Shown here one piece after another: positions 20,060 to 30,125 of a DNA stretch of 64,000 bases (positions are counted from its first letter, which is position 1; each line of letters starts with the position of its first letter). The position numbers and the translations under genes are program-made. This stretch comes from Dehalococcoidia bacterium (GTDB lineage: Bacteria; Chloroflexota; Dehalococcoidia; DSTF01; JACRBR01), in contig JBBDXE010000032.1 of assembly GCA_040902505.1 (NCBI GenBank), forward strand, positions 261,158-325,157, in the 5' to 3' direction. A model generated the notes under the pieces. It did not search any database. It was not told the origin of the DNA and was given only the letters and a program-made list of their open reading frames with translations.

Positions 20060-21420
20060 GACCGGCCCGCCTCCGCCCGCCCCCGGCTGATACGAGCGAG
20101 CGCGCCGCGAAGGGCGTCACCGTAGAGCCGGCCATCGGCGGGACGAGGGATCACCGCCTCCAGCACGGGCTGGCCGGAGATCCGCCCGTAGGCGTACAGG
20201 GCCGCGGCGAAGTGCGCGCCGTACGCGAGCGAGCTGGCAGCAGCCGCGCCGTTGACGCCGAAGACGGGGATCAGCGCGAAGTCGGCGACGAGCGTCACCA
20301 CGAGCGAGACAGCGGTGATGCCGGTGTTCACCAGCGGACGCCCCCGGCTGAAGATGTAGCTGGTGAGCACCTTCGAGCCGCAGAGAGCGACCGTGCCGGG
20401 AAGCAGCCACCACAGCGCGTCCACCGATCGCTCGAACTCATCGCCGAAGACACCCGGCACGAGCACGGGTGCAACCACAGCCAGCCCCACCGCACCGCCC
20501 GCCGCCACCAGCAGCATGTTCCGGCAGGCGACCGGCGTCATCCACGCGACGTCGTCGGCGTCCGCCGACGTGAGCCGCGGCATCAGCACCAGCGCCACGG
20601 CGTTCGCCAGCACGAACAGCGCCTCCGTCATCGACGCCCCCACCGCATAGACGCCGACGGCCGCGAGGCCCGCAAAACCGCGCACCAGGTACTGGTCGAA
20701 TCGGTAGTTCAGCGCCTGCAACACGTTCCCTGCCTCGCCCTGCGCGCCGAAGTGGATCAGCCGGCGCAGCACGTCCCACCGCGGACGGACGATCTGCGTC
20801 ACGTCGATGTTCGAGACGCCGATGCGGAACAACGCGAACAGCCCCGCCGCCACGCTCGCGGCGATGAAGTAGCCGACGATCTCCTCAGGCGAGGGGTCGC
20901 CGACCGCGAACGCAACGGCTACGGCGGCGAGCAGGAGGGCCTGCTGCCCGATCGTCGTGATCCCCAGGTCGACGAAACGGCTGAGGGCCTGCAGGACCAA
21001 CCGCAGCAGGTTCAGGTAGAGCAGCGCCGGCACGGCGAGGATGAACAGCCAGGGCGCGATCCCGTCGCCGAACGCCCGCCCTGCGGCCCAAGGGGCCACG
21101 ACCGCGACGGCGAGAGCGCTCACAGCGAGCGACCCCAGCGTCGCGAGGTGCACCGCGCTGACCACGTCCCGCAGCGCCACCTCGCGACGGTTCAGGTAGT
21201 AGATCGCCGCATTGCCGATCCCCAGCCCCAGCACCAGCTGCCCCAGCGCCGTCGAGAGGATGAAGATGCCATAGGCGCCCCGCCCCTCATCGCCCAGCGC
21301 GCGGGCGACCAGCGCCGCCGTCGCGAACGCCAGCAGCCCGTCGACGGCGTAGGTCACGACGACCACGTTCACGCTCTCGAGGAAGCTCTTGCGAGTGGTC
21401 GCTTCGGAGGCGGGCTGCAT
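20056..21420 (-). CDS. polysaccharide/oligosaccharide flippase (Wzx-like, MOP superfamily)
   Basis: 454 aa, polytopic (about 12 to 14 TM) with a polysaccharide-biosynthesis-protein pattern. Confidence 0.65.
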   Translation of the reverse strand: MQPASEATTRKSFLESVNVVVVTYAVDGLLAFATAALVARALGDEGRGAYGIFILSTALGQLVLGLGIGNAAIYYLNRREVALRDVVSAVHLATLGSLAVSALAVAVVAPWAAGRAFGDGIAPWLFILAVPALLYLNLLRLVLQALSRFVDLGITTIGQQALLLAAVAVAFAVGDPSPEEIVGYFIAASVAAGLFALFRIGVSNIDVTQIVRPRWDVLRRLIHFGAQGEAGNVLQALNYRFDQYLVRGFAGLAAVGVYAVGASMTEALFVLANAVALVLMPRLTSADADDVAWMTPVACRNMLLVAAGGAVGLAVVAPVLVPGVFGDEFERSVDALWWLLPGTVALCGSKVLTSYIFSRGRPLVNTGITAVSLVVTLVADFALIPVFGVNGAAAASSLAYGAHFAAALYAYGRISGQPVLEAVIPRPADGRLYGDALRGALARISRGRAEAGRS

Positions 21421-21481
21421 CAGGTGATTCTATCCGCGAGGAGGTCGCCGAACGCGCGTGAAGGGCGAGACGAGCCTCGCT

Positions 21482-22777
21482 CTAGGGCGCCCTCGCGAGC
21501 GACTGGACCGCCTCAAGCTCCGCCGCCATGCGCTGATCCCACGTCCAGAAATGCTCGCGGGCATGGGAGGCGGCGGCACCGGCGAGGCGATGGCGCTGCG
21601 CGGGGTCGCCGGCGAGCGACACCAGCAGGTCCGCCAGGCGCTCCTCCAGCGGCCGCGCAACGCCCGACCGCTGCGAGGTGTCGACCAGCCGCCCGGTGAC
21701 GCCGTCGGCGATGAGGTCGCGCGTGTCGCCGGCATCGACCGCGACAATGCACATCCCGCAGGCCATCGCCTCGAGCAGCGGGTTGCCGACGTTCGACAGG
21801 TCGGCGACGGCCAGGAAGACGTCCGCCGCGTGCATGTAGCGCATCACGTCGGCCTGGGGCACCGCCCCCACGAAGCGCACCGCCGACGCCACGCCCACCT
21901 CGCGGGCGAGCGCCTCCAGCCGCGCCCGCTCCTCTCCGTCGCCGACGACGAGCAGCAGCGCTTCGCCGACCCAGGACTTGATGCGGGGGAGGGCGCGGAT
22001 CGCGCGGTCGACCCGCTTCCATGCCGCCAGCCGCGACGCCGTCAGCATCACCAAAGCATCGTCGCGCAGCCCGAGCGACGCCCGCGCAGTGGTGCGATCT
22101 TCGGGAGACGCCGGGCGCAACCGATCCATGTCCAGCCCGTTCCGCCAGAACTTCACCCGCCCCTTCGACGCGGGGTTCAGCCGCGCCAGTACCTCGTCAC
22201 CCCGCGTGCCGTCGTCGGTCATGATGCAGAGGTCCGCGCGGGTCTTCAGTGCCAGCACCTCCTCGTAGCGCCGGTAGTAGAGCAGCGTGTCGTTGAGCGC
22301 CGGGTGCATCACTGTGCCCTGGAAGCGCGTCACCAGCGACAGCCGGTAGCCACGGCGCCGCAGCAGGCGCGCCGCCAGCACGCCGTGCACCTCGTAGCCG
22401 TAGGTCACGTCGTAGGGCTCGGGCGCGTGACGAAGCAGCTCCTCCGCGCGACGCGCCGCCAGCCACGGGAACGCCAGCGCGAAGCGAAGCTTCTGGTCGA
22501 CCGCTGCGACCGGACCCGGCAGCGATGGCAGCGGCACATCGCGCAACGACGGCAGGTGGAACGTGTGGAACGTGACGCCCGGGGTCCGCGGACGGTCCTC
22601 CGGTGTCGCGCCCGGGCGCTTCGGGTCGTAGAAGTGGTTCGCCCCGACGTCCGGCATCACGACGTCGAGACGATGTCCGGCTTCGCCGTAGGCGCGCAGC
22701 GTGCGTTCGAGGGTCGGCGCGCCCTTCCCCCGGTCAAGCGACCACACGTCGAGCGCGCAGAGCATCAGGATGCGCAT
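21482..22777 (-). CDS. glycosyltransferase family 4
   Basis: 431 aa with GT4 signatures (C-terminal GT-B domain with VGxGxxR...ADVFLAVADLSNVGNPLLEAMACG). Confidence 0.7.
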   Translation of the reverse strand: MRILMLCALDVWSLDRGKGAPTLERTLRAYGEAGHRLDVVMPDVGANHFYDPKRPGATPEDRPRTPGVTFHTFHLPSLRDVPLPSLPGPVAAVDQKLRFALAFPWLAARRAEELLRHAPEPYDVTYGYEVHGVLAARLLRRRGYRLSLVTRFQGTVMHPALNDTLLYYRRYEEVLALKTRADLCIMTDDGTRGDEVLARLNPASKGRVKFWRNGLDMDRLRPASPEDRTTARASLGLRDDALVMLTASRLAAWKRVDRAIRALPRIKSWVGEALLLVVGDGEERARLEALAREVGVASAVRFVGAVPQADVMRYMHAADVFLAVADLSNVGNPLLEAMACGMCIVAVDAGDTRDLIADGVTGRLVDTSQRSGVARPLEERLADLLVSLAGDPAQRHRLAGAAASHAREHFWTWDQRMAAELEAVQSLARAP

Positions 22778-22880
22778 GTTGTGGTCTCTGGAGGTTGGAG
22801 GTTAGAGGTTAAACACCAGGCAGCACAGGGCGATCCCGCCTCCATCTTCCGGCCTCCAACCGCCTCGCAAGCTGAGATGC

Positions 22881-24137
22881 TCAACGAGACGCCGCCTCGG
22901 CGCTCACGTCGTCGCCGTAGGTGGCGGCTGTCCTGCTGGCGCCGGCGTTCGTCGCCACCGCTTCGCGCAGGTCCGCGAGGAACTCGTCGACGACGAGGCG
23001 GTGCCGCGGGCTGATCATGAGGTGCAGCGCGGGCGGCGTCTCCTGCCGGTCGAAGAACCATCCCTTCGCGTGCATCGCATCTCCGACGGCGAAGACGTCC
23101 TGGTCGCGTGACCCGACGGCGAACACGCTCATCTCCGGCTCGCCCCAGACGTGGATCCCGTCGATCCTTTCGATCCCGTCGAGCAGCCGCTTCGTCGCGT
23201 CCATCGTCTCCCGCGCGAGGCGGAGGTAGCCCTCCTCGCCCAGGAAGTGCATCACCGCCCACGCCGCGCCGATGGGCGCCGCCGGCTTCGTGCCCTGGAA
23301 CGCCTGCGTGCCGTACGTCCCGCCGGGCCAGTCGGCGAACTGGAAGACCTGGTAGCGCAGGTTCGCTTTGGGGCGATGCAACACCACCGACGCGCCCTTT
23401 GTCGCGTAGCCGTACTTGTGCAGGTCCGCGGAGATCGACGTGACGCCCGGCACCCGGAAGTCCCAGGGCGCCACGTCGTAACCCAGCCGCTCCAGGAAGG
23501 GCAACAGGAAGCCGCCGAGGCAGGCGTCGGTGTGGAACGGGACACCGGCATCGGACGCGATGCGCGCCATCTCCGGGATCGGGTCGATCATCCCGAACGG
23601 GTATGCCGGGGCCGATCCGACACAGAGCACCGTGTCGTCCGTCATCATCCGCGGCAGGTCCTCGGGGCGAGTGCGGAGGTCTTCGCCGAGCGGCATCTGC
23701 ACGAAGTCGAGGTCGAGCAGGTGCGCCGCCTTCGCGAACGCGGGGTGCGCCGTCCTCGGCACGACGATGCGTCCCTTGGCGATGCTACGCTCCGCCCGCG
23801 CCTTGTCGCGGGCCGTCTTCACCGCCATGAAGATCGACTCCGTCCCGCCGGAGGTCATCGCGCCGCCGCAGTCCTCGCCGCCATGGAGCAGATCCGCCGC
23901 GATCGCGATCACGTCACGCTGCATCTCGCGGAGGCTGGGGAAGACGAAGGGGTTCAGCGCGTTCTCCAGCAACACGTGGCCCGCCGCAGCCTTCAGCATC
24001 TCGTCTACGTCCGGGCCGGCGTTATAGATCAAGCCGAAGGTGCGAGCGTTGTGGTAGTCGGCGTCGTGCACCTGCATCGCCCGCAGCTGCGCCATCACGC
24101 CGTCGAGCGACGAACCGTGTTCTGGCAAGCTCTTCAT
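22881..24137 (-). CDS. PLP-dependent group II decarboxylase (sphingosine-1-phosphate lyase / glutamate decarboxylase-like)
   Basis: 418 aa with AAT-superfamily fold I. The LHKYGYATKGASVV region places the PLP-binding lysine as in SPL/GAD-like enzymes. Confidence 0.6.
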   Translation of the reverse strand: MKSLPEHGSSLDGVMAQLRAMQVHDADYHNARTFGLIYNAGPDVDEMLKAAAGHVLLENALNPFVFPSLREMQRDVIAIAADLLHGGEDCGGAMTSGGTESIFMAVKTARDKARAERSIAKGRIVVPRTAHPAFAKAAHLLDLDFVQMPLGEDLRTRPEDLPRMMTDDTVLCVGSAPAYPFGMIDPIPEMARIASDAGVPFHTDACLGGFLLPFLERLGYDVAPWDFRVPGVTSISADLHKYGYATKGASVVLHRPKANLRYQVFQFADWPGGTYGTQAFQGTKPAAPIGAAWAVMHFLGEEGYLRLARETMDATKRLLDGIERIDGIHVWGEPEMSVFAVGSRDQDVFAVGDAMHAKGWFFDRQETPPALHLMISPRHRLVVDEFLADLREAVATNAGASRTAATYGDDVSAEAASR

Positions 24138-24236
24138 GCTGCCTCCTGGTCTCGATCTGATTCCGAGGCAGCCAGAATAGCACCGCGGCAGGCATCAGAT
24201 GGTGTATGCTCTGCCCTGCTCTCCGGGAGGTGCGCT

Positions 24237-25136
24237 ATGACCACCGAGACGACGCAGGCCGGGATCACCGAGCGCGACGGCGTGCTCGTCGGGCCGATAC
24301 GACGGCCCCGCAACCTCGCCGCCACCGAACGCGCCAGCATCCATGACGACAGCGTGGCCCAGAAGCTGGGCTTCCGGGGCGGCACCGTCGCCGGCTCGAT
24401 CCACATGGAACAGTTCCCGCCGCTGCTGGTGCGCGCCTTCGGCCAGCGCTGGTTCGAGACCGGCTCCCTCTCCACGTACTTCCGCAACGCGACGATGGGT
24501 GAGGAGCCGGTGCAGGCGTTCGTGCGCACATCTGCCACGCCAGCTCCCGACACGCAGGTGGATGTCTGGATGGAACGCGACGGCGGCACGCTCGTGCTGG
24601 AGGGCACCGCGTCGGTCGGATCGCCGTCTGAGCCGTCGCTGCTGCGGCGCAAGCTGTCAGAGCCACGCGAGGCCGGCGAGCTGCGCATCCTGGCCGGCAT
24701 CGCGCCCGGCGACGCCCTCCCGGAGGCGCCTGCGCGCCTCACCGACGGCATCTCCACCCCTCGCCTGCGCGCGATCACGGAACCGCTCGACTGGTACACG
24801 GGCCCCTCGCCGTGGGGCGGGCCCGTCGTGAACCCCGGGCTGCTGGTACACCTGATGGTGCAGGCGCAGCCGGGCATCCGCACGCGAGGCCCGGCCGTGG
24901 GCCTGTACGGCGCGATCGAAGTACGCCACTTGCGGGGACCGGTCTTCGCCGAACGCGCTTATGTCGCGTCCGGCAAGGTGCTGGCCGTCGGCGACACGCC
25001 GAAGACGGAGTACATCTGGTTCGAGTCGCAGCTCACGGAGGCGGCCGGCGGCGGTCCGGTCGCGTCGATGCTGATGATGCTGCGGTTCATGAAGGGCTCG
25101 TCGCCGTTGTGGGCCAAGACGTCGACGACCCGCTGA
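24237..25136 (+). CDS. MaoC-like / double hotdog-fold dehydratase family protein (tentative)
   Basis: 299 aa. GGGAGG RBS before ATG 24237. The D..VAQKLGFRGGTVAGSIHM pattern resembles the MaoC_dehydratase N-terminal domain. Only the C-terminal part of the long six-frame ORF 23151-25136 is genuine. Confidence 0.45.
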   Translation: MTTETTQAGITERDGVLVGPIRRPRNLAATERASIHDDSVAQKLGFRGGTVAGSIHMEQFPPLLVRAFGQRWFETGSLSTYFRNATMGEEPVQAFVRTSATPAPDTQVDVWMERDGGTLVLEGTASVGSPSEPSLLRRKLSEPREAGELRILAGIAPGDALPEAPARLTDGISTPRLRAITEPLDWYTGPSPWGGPVVNPGLLVHLMVQAQPGIRTRGPAVGLYGAIEVRHLRGPVFAERAYVASGKVLAVGDTPKTEYIWFESQLTEAAGGGPVASMLMMLRFMKGSSPLWAKTSTTR

Positions 25137-25152
25137 CCGTGCCGATTGTGAA

Positions 25153-25182
25153 TTGACCTACAAGCGGCACGGTTGTTACGAT
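25153..25182 (+). promoter_or_regulatory. candidate sigma-A type promoter for the nuo operon
   Basis: TTGACC -35 box, a 17-18 nt spacer, then TACGAT/TTACGA -10-like hexamer, ~65 nt upstream of the nuoA TTG start. Confidence 0.25.
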
Positions 25183-25244
25183 GCCGCTGCTCCGGAAGAC
25201 CTCTTTCGGACCAGCCCACGACGCCGTCCGGAGGGAGTCGGCCC

Positions 25245-25622
25245 TTGCCCTTCCAGACGCTCCTCGACAACTATCTCGCCGTCTTCGTGGCGGTCAATCT
25301 GGGCATCATCCTCGTAGCTACCGCCCTTATCGCCGCGCGAGTCTTTGCGCCGTACTCCAAGGTGCCCGGGAAGTCGACCGCGTACGAGTGCGGGATGGTG
25401 CCGATCGGGCGCGTGCGCGCGCAGATCAGCATCCGGTACTACCTGTTCGCCATCCTCTTCCTCATCTTCGATGTGGAGGCAGTGTTTCTGTTTCCCTGGG
25501 CGGTGAGCTTCGCCGACGCCGGCAAGGCTGCGTTCTGGGAGATGGTGATGTTCATCGGCATCCTCGCCGCCGGGCTGGGCTACGCGTGGAAGAAGGGAGT
25601 GCTGCAATGGAGCAGACAGTGA
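25245..25622 (+). CDS. nuoA: NADH-quinone oxidoreductase subunit A
   Basis: Three TM segments with the FLFPWA motif. TTG start follows GGAGGGAG. The six-frame ORF starts further upstream at 25173. Confidence 0.8.
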   Translation: MPFQTLLDNYLAVFVAVNLGIILVATALIAARVFAPYSKVPGKSTAYECGMVPIGRVRAQISIRYYLFAILFLIFDVEAVFLFPWAVSFADAGKAAFWEMVMFIGILAAGLGYAWKKGVLQWSRQ

Positions 25623-26230
25623 GCGAGGCCGGCACCGAAGTCTCGACCGCGCCCGACGCGCCCGCGATCGAAGGCGCGCCCATCGTCGTGCCGCGCCGCG
25701 AGCAGACGGGCGTCGAGCGCGAGCTGGAGCGGCTGACGCCGGCGTCGTACGAACCAGGCGTCGCGATGTACCGCCAGCTGCTCCCCGGCATCCTGCAGGT
25801 ACCGGCGGACGCCGTCCTCGCCGTCTCGCGCAAGTCGTCGCTCTGGCCGCTGACGTTCGGGCTGGCCTGCTGCGCGATCGAGATGATCGCGACGTACATG
25901 TCGCACCACGACCTCGACCGCTTCGGCATCGTGCCGTGGCCTTCGCCGCGACAGTCCGACGTGATGATCGTGTCCGGAACCGTAACGAAGAAGATGGCGC
26001 CGGCGGTGAAGCTGCTGTACGAGCAGATGCCGAACCCCAAGTGGGTGATCTCCATGGGCGCTTGCGCCACCAACGGCGGGCCCTACACACGCTACGACCG
26101 CGTGCTGCAGGGCGTCGACAAGATCATCCCGGTCGACGTGTACGTGCCGGGCTGCCCGCCGCGCCCCGAGGCCCTGATCGACGGCTTCCTGGCCCTTCAG
26201 CACAAGATCATGGAAGAGCGCGGCAAGTAG
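25607..26230 (+). CDS. nuoB: NADH-quinone oxidoreductase subunit B
   Basis: [26 protein letters not shown] and VPGCPPRPE provide the N2 cluster ligands. Confidence 0.9.
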   Translation: MEQTVSEAGTEVSTAPDAPAIEGAPIVVPRREQTGVERELERLTPASYEPGVAMYRQLLPGILQVPADAVLAVSRKSSLWPLTFGLACCAIEMIATYMSHHDLDRFGIVPWPSPRQSDVMIVSGTVTKKMAPAVKLLYEQMPNPKWVISMGACATNGGPYTRYDRVLQGVDKIIPVDVYVPGCPPRPEALIDGFLALQHKIMEERGK

Positions 26231-26908
26231 ATGACGACGCCCGACGGGCAGGAGACGGGCCAGCAGCCGCCGGAAGCCGCCGGAGAGGCGCCGGCCGGCG
26301 CCGCCCCGGCCGAGAAGGCGGCGGCGGAGCGGCCCGCCCGCCCCGCCCGCGAGGCGGAGCCGAAGACGGCCCCCCGCACACCACCCCCGCCCGGCAGCAT
26401 CAACGAGCTGCTCGCGGCGGCGCTCCCGGGCGTGGAGATGCAGGCGTACACCGTCCCGTCGATGACCGGCGAGAGCGTCGCCGTCGAGGTGAAGCGCGGC
26501 GACCTGGCCGCCGTCCTCACCGCTGCACGCGACGACGACCGGCTCGACCTGAAGTATCTCCGCTGCCTCTCCGGCGTCGACTGGCAGGAGGATGGGCTGG
26601 AGGTCGCGTACCACCTGGCGTCGATCGAGAAGAAGCACACGCTGACGGTGAAGACGCGCGTCACCTACGACGACCCGGTCGTGCCGAGCGCGGCGGCGAT
26701 CTTCCCCGCCGCCGACTGGCACGAGCGCGAGACGCGCGACATGTTCGGCATCGTCTTCGAGGGGCATCCGAACCTGGTGCCGCTGCTGTTGCCCGAGGAC
26801 ATGACCGACCACTTCCCCCTCCGCAAGGAGAACCCCCTGCAGGAGATCGAAGAGTGGCAGGGCGAGAACCTCCGCGAGGGCTCAGGCGACGACGAGGGCG
26901 AGGAGTAG
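26231..26908 (+). CDS. nuoC: NADH-quinone oxidoreductase subunit C (with N-terminal Ala/Pro/Glu-rich extension)
   Basis: NuoC core motifs DWHERETRDMFGI and FEGHPNL, preceded by a ~55-aa low-complexity APE-rich leader. Confidence 0.85.
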   Translation: MTTPDGQETGQQPPEAAGEAPAGAAPAEKAAAERPARPAREAEPKTAPRTPPPPGSINELLAAALPGVEMQAYTVPSMTGESVAVEVKRGDLAAVLTAARDDDRLDLKYLRCLSGVDWQEDGLEVAYHLASIEKKHTLTVKTRVTYDDPVVPSAAAIFPAADWHERETRDMFGIVFEGHPNLVPLLLPEDMTDHFPLRKENPLQEIEEWQGENLREGSGDDEGEE

Positions 26909-26910
26909 CG

Positions 26911-28035
26911 GTGGTCATCGACCAGGAAGCGCCCGAGATCGTCGACATCCCCATCAACATGGGGCCGCAGCACCCCAGCACGCACGGCGTATTCCGCATG
27001 GTGCTCGTCGTCTCGGGCGAGAAAGTCCTCGACGTGACCCCCCACATCGGCTACATGCACCGCGGCGGCGAGAAACTGATGGAAGCGATGGACTTCCGCC
27101 AGGGCATCGGCTATGCCGACCGGACGGAGTACCTCGCGCAGTTCAGCGCCGAGCTGTGTTACTGCATGGCCGTCGAGCGGCTGATGGACATCCAGGTGCC
27201 TGACCGCGCGCAGTACATACGGGTCATCCTCACCGAGCTGAACCGCCTGAGCAGTCACTTCATGTTCGCGGGCGCCTTCGGCATCGACGCCGGCCTCTTC
27301 GGCACGAGCTTCACCTACGCCTTCCGGGAGCGCGAGCACCTGCAGGACGTCTTCGAGGAGGTGTCGGGGGATCGGCTCATGTACGCCTACTTCCGCGTCG
27401 GCGGGCTTGCGTGGGAGGTGCCCGACAACTTCGTCGAGCGGGTGCATCAGGTGCTCAAGCAGACCAGGCAGGGCATCCGCGACCTCGACGACCTGATGAC
27501 GAAGAACGAGATCTTCATCGCGCGCTGCCAGAACATCGGCAACTTCTCGGCGCAGCAGGCGATCGCGCACGGCCTCAGCGGCCCGATGCTGCGAGCCTCC
27601 GGCGTACCGTGGGATCTGCGCAAAGACGAGCCGTACGGCATCTACGACCGCTTCACCTTCAAGGTGCCCGTCGGCCACTACGGCGACGTCTACGACCGCT
27701 ACCTGGTGCGGCTGGAGGAGATGCGGCAGTCCGTCGACATCGTCGAGCAGGCGCTGGAGCAGCTCCCGGCGGAAGGCCCGATCGTCCCGGAGAAGATGCC
27801 GCGCCGCCTCCGCACCCCTCCCGGCGAGGTCTACGCGAGGGTCGAGGCGCCGCGCGGCGAGTGGGGCGTGTACCTGGTCTCGAAGGGCGGCGACAAGCCC
27901 TGGCGGCTGAAGATGCGCTCGCCCTCGTTCTGTAACCTGTCGGCCCTGCGCGAGATGACGGTCGGGCAGTTCCTGGCCGACGCGGTCATGATCCTGGGCT
28001 CGATGGACATCGTGCTCTGCGACGTGGACCGGTGA
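26911..28035 (+). CDS. nuoD: NADH-quinone oxidoreductase subunit D
   Basis: INMGPQHPSTHGVFRMV...GYMHRGGEKL is canonical NuoD. GTG start directly after the nuoC stop. Confidence 0.9.
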   Translation: MVIDQEAPEIVDIPINMGPQHPSTHGVFRMVLVVSGEKVLDVTPHIGYMHRGGEKLMEAMDFRQGIGYADRTEYLAQFSAELCYCMAVERLMDIQVPDRAQYIRVILTELNRLSSHFMFAGAFGIDAGLFGTSFTYAFREREHLQDVFEEVSGDRLMYAYFRVGGLAWEVPDNFVERVHQVLKQTRQGIRDLDDLMTKNEIFIARCQNIGNFSAQQAIAHGLSGPMLRASGVPWDLRKDEPYGIYDRFTFKVPVGHYGDVYDRYLVRLEEMRQSVDIVEQALEQLPAEGPIVPEKMPRRLRTPPGEVYARVEAPRGEWGVYLVSKGGDKPWRLKMRSPSFCNLSALREMTVGQFLADAVMILGSMDIVLCDVDR

Positions 28036-28039
28036 GCGC

Positions 28040-29170
28040 ATGATCCTCGGCTCGCCATCCATCGACATCGATCAGCCCTTCTTCAGTGCGTTCCTCGCGC
28101 TCTTCGTCATGACGCTGATCATGACCGTCGCGGTGATGGTGGCGACGTGGTACGAGCGGAAGTTCGTGGCCCGCGTCCAGCAGCGGCTCGGACCGATGCG
28201 CGTCGGCCCCTACGGGCTTCTGCAGCCGTTCGCCGATACGGTGAAGCTGCTCGCGAAGGAAGATCTCCGCCCCGCCACCGCTGACCCCATCGCGTTCGAG
28301 TTGGCGGTGTTCGCGATCTTCGTCCCGGCGTTCCTGGGACTCGTGGTGGTGCCGTTCACCGCCGACTGGGTGATCAGCCCGCTGCCCCTGAGCCTGCTCT
28401 ACCTGCTCGCCGTCTCGGGCCTCTCGTTCATCGGCTTCCTGATGGCGGGATGGGGATCCGACAGCAAGTACGCCCTCCTCGGCGGCATGCGCGCCGCCGC
28501 GCAGCTCATCTCCTACGAGATCCCATTGATCCTGGCGATGATCGGCGTGGTGATGGTGGTCGCGTCGGCGGACGTGTATCAAATCATCCTCTTCCAGGAT
28601 AAGGTGCCGCTGATCGTCTGGCAGCCGCTGGGCTTCCTGATCTTCCTCATCGCTGCCATCGCCGAGCTGGAGCGCCAGCCGTTCGACATCCCCACCGGCG
28701 AGTCGGAGGTGGCGGGTGGCGTGTTCATCGAATACAGCGGCATCCGCTGGTCCATGTTCCAGCTCACGTCGTACGTGAACATGTACGTGTTCAGCCTTCT
28801 CGGGGGCTTCGTCTTCCTGGGCGGATGGGAGTGGCCGTGGGGCCGCGACGTGGGTTGGGGTTACCAGCTGCTGCTCAGCCTCGGGAAGATGTCGCTGTTC
28901 ATCGTCTTCTTCCTCTGGGTGCGGGCGAGCTTCCCCCGCCTCCGCGTCGACCAACTGATGTCGTATGCGTGGAAGGTGCTGATCCCCTTCGGCCTGCTGC
29001 AGATCTTTCTCAACGGGCTGGTGCTCGTCTATGATCTGCCGGACGTGGCGCTCTTCGTCACCTCTGGACTCGGCGCTGTTCTCCTCGCCGTCCTGATGTA
29101 CCAGACGGTACGCGTCGAGCCCCGGAGAGAGCTGGAGCTGATCAGCGTCCCGGTGAGGAGTGCGGTCTGA
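28040..29170 (+). CDS. nuoH: NADH-quinone oxidoreductase subunit H
   Basis: WYERKFVARVQQRLGP is the hallmark of NuoH/ND1, with ~8 TM segments. Confidence 0.9.
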   Translation: MILGSPSIDIDQPFFSAFLALFVMTLIMTVAVMVATWYERKFVARVQQRLGPMRVGPYGLLQPFADTVKLLAKEDLRPATADPIAFELAVFAIFVPAFLGLVVVPFTADWVISPLPLSLLYLLAVSGLSFIGFLMAGWGSDSKYALLGGMRAAAQLISYEIPLILAMIGVVMVVASADVYQIILFQDKVPLIVWQPLGFLIFLIAAIAELERQPFDIPTGESEVAGGVFIEYSGIRWSMFQLTSYVNMYVFSLLGGFVFLGGWEWPWGRDVGWGYQLLLSLGKMSLFIVFFLWVRASFPRLRVDQLMSYAWKVLIPFGLLQIFLNGLVLVYDLPDVALFVTSGLGAVLLAVLMYQTVRVEPRRELELISVPVRSAV

Positions 29171-29634
29171 TGCTGGGTATTCTGAAGAGCATGGGCATGA
29201 CGGCACGCGCCGCGCTGCGGAAGCCCGTCACCATCGAATACCCGACGGTCCATCGCGAGATCCCGAACCGCGACCGCGCCTTCCCTATCCTCATCTGGGA
29301 CTTCGACCAGGACGAGCCCTTCTGCACGGGCTGCCACGCCTGCGAGCGCGCCTGCCCGGTCGAGTGCATGACCGTCGTGATGAAGGACAACCCGAAGCAC
29401 GCCGCCGGCGAGAGCAAGCGGCGCAAGATCATCGATGAGTTCTGGATCGACTACGGGCGCTGCATGCGCTGCAACATCTGCGTCGAGGTGTGCAACTTCG
29501 AGGCGATCGGGATGAACAACACGTGGGCCGGGCACGAACTCTCCAGGTACGACCGCTCGGAACTGGTGCTGGATCTGGACCAGTTGATGGCGCAGTCCAA
29601 AGCCGGGAAGGTGGAGCCCGGCTTGCGCGCATGA
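29170..29634 (+). CDS. nuoI: NADH-quinone oxidoreductase subunit I (2x[4Fe-4S] ferredoxin)
   Basis: Two CxxCxxCxxxCP motifs: CTGCHACERACP and CMRCNICVEVCN. Confidence 0.9.
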   Translation: MLGILKSMGMTARAALRKPVTIEYPTVHREIPNRDRAFPILIWDFDQDEPFCTGCHACERACPVECMTVVMKDNPKHAAGESKRRKIIDEFWIDYGRCMRCNICVEVCNFEAIGMNNTWAGHELSRYDRSELVLDLDQLMAQSKAGKVEPGLRA

Positions 29635-30125
29635 TCCAGGTATTTTTCTACCTCTTCGCGACGACCGTCATCGCGGGAGCCCTGGGTGTGGTCCTGCTGC
29701 GAAACACCGTCTACGCCGCCCTCTCGCTGATCGGGGCACTCCTTGGCGTGGCGGCGGTCTACATCCTGCTCTCCGTCGAATTCCTGGCGCTGGTGCAGAT
29801 CCTCATCTATGCCGGCGCCGTGACCGTGCTGCTGCTGTTCGCGCTGATGCTCACCCGCGCCCGGGAGCTCCAGGAGCGCCTCGACGGCGACCAGAAGCCG
29901 CTGGCAGCCGTGGCCGCGCTGGTACTCCTGGGCGCCTTCATCACCGTTATGGACCAGACAACCTGGCCCCGCGACGTCGGTGAAATCACGACCGTACCGT
30001 TCGCGACCATCGGCGACGCGCTGCTGACCCGCTGGGCTGTCCCGTTCGAGCTGGTCTCCGGAGTGCTGCTGGTGGCGCTGGTCGGCGCCATCATCCTCGC
30101 GATGCAGGAAGAGGGGGAGCCCTAG
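29631..30125 (+). CDS. nuoJ: NADH-quinone oxidoreductase subunit J
   Basis: ATGA overlap with nuoI. Five TM segments with the VQILIYAGAV motif. Confidence 0.85.
   Translation: MIQVFFYLFATTVIAGALGVVLLRNTVYAALSLIGALLGVAAVYILLSVEFLALVQILIYAGAVTVLLLFALMLTRARELQERLDGDQKPLAAVAALVLLGAFITVMDQTTWPRDVGEITTVPFATIGDALLTRWAVPFELVSGVLLVALVGAIILAMQEEGEP

Noticed and set aside
23151-24236. N-terminal 362 codons of the six-frame ORF 23151-25136
   Set aside because: This part is antisense to the PLP decarboxylase. The genuine protein begins at ATG 24237, which has a GGGAGG RBS.
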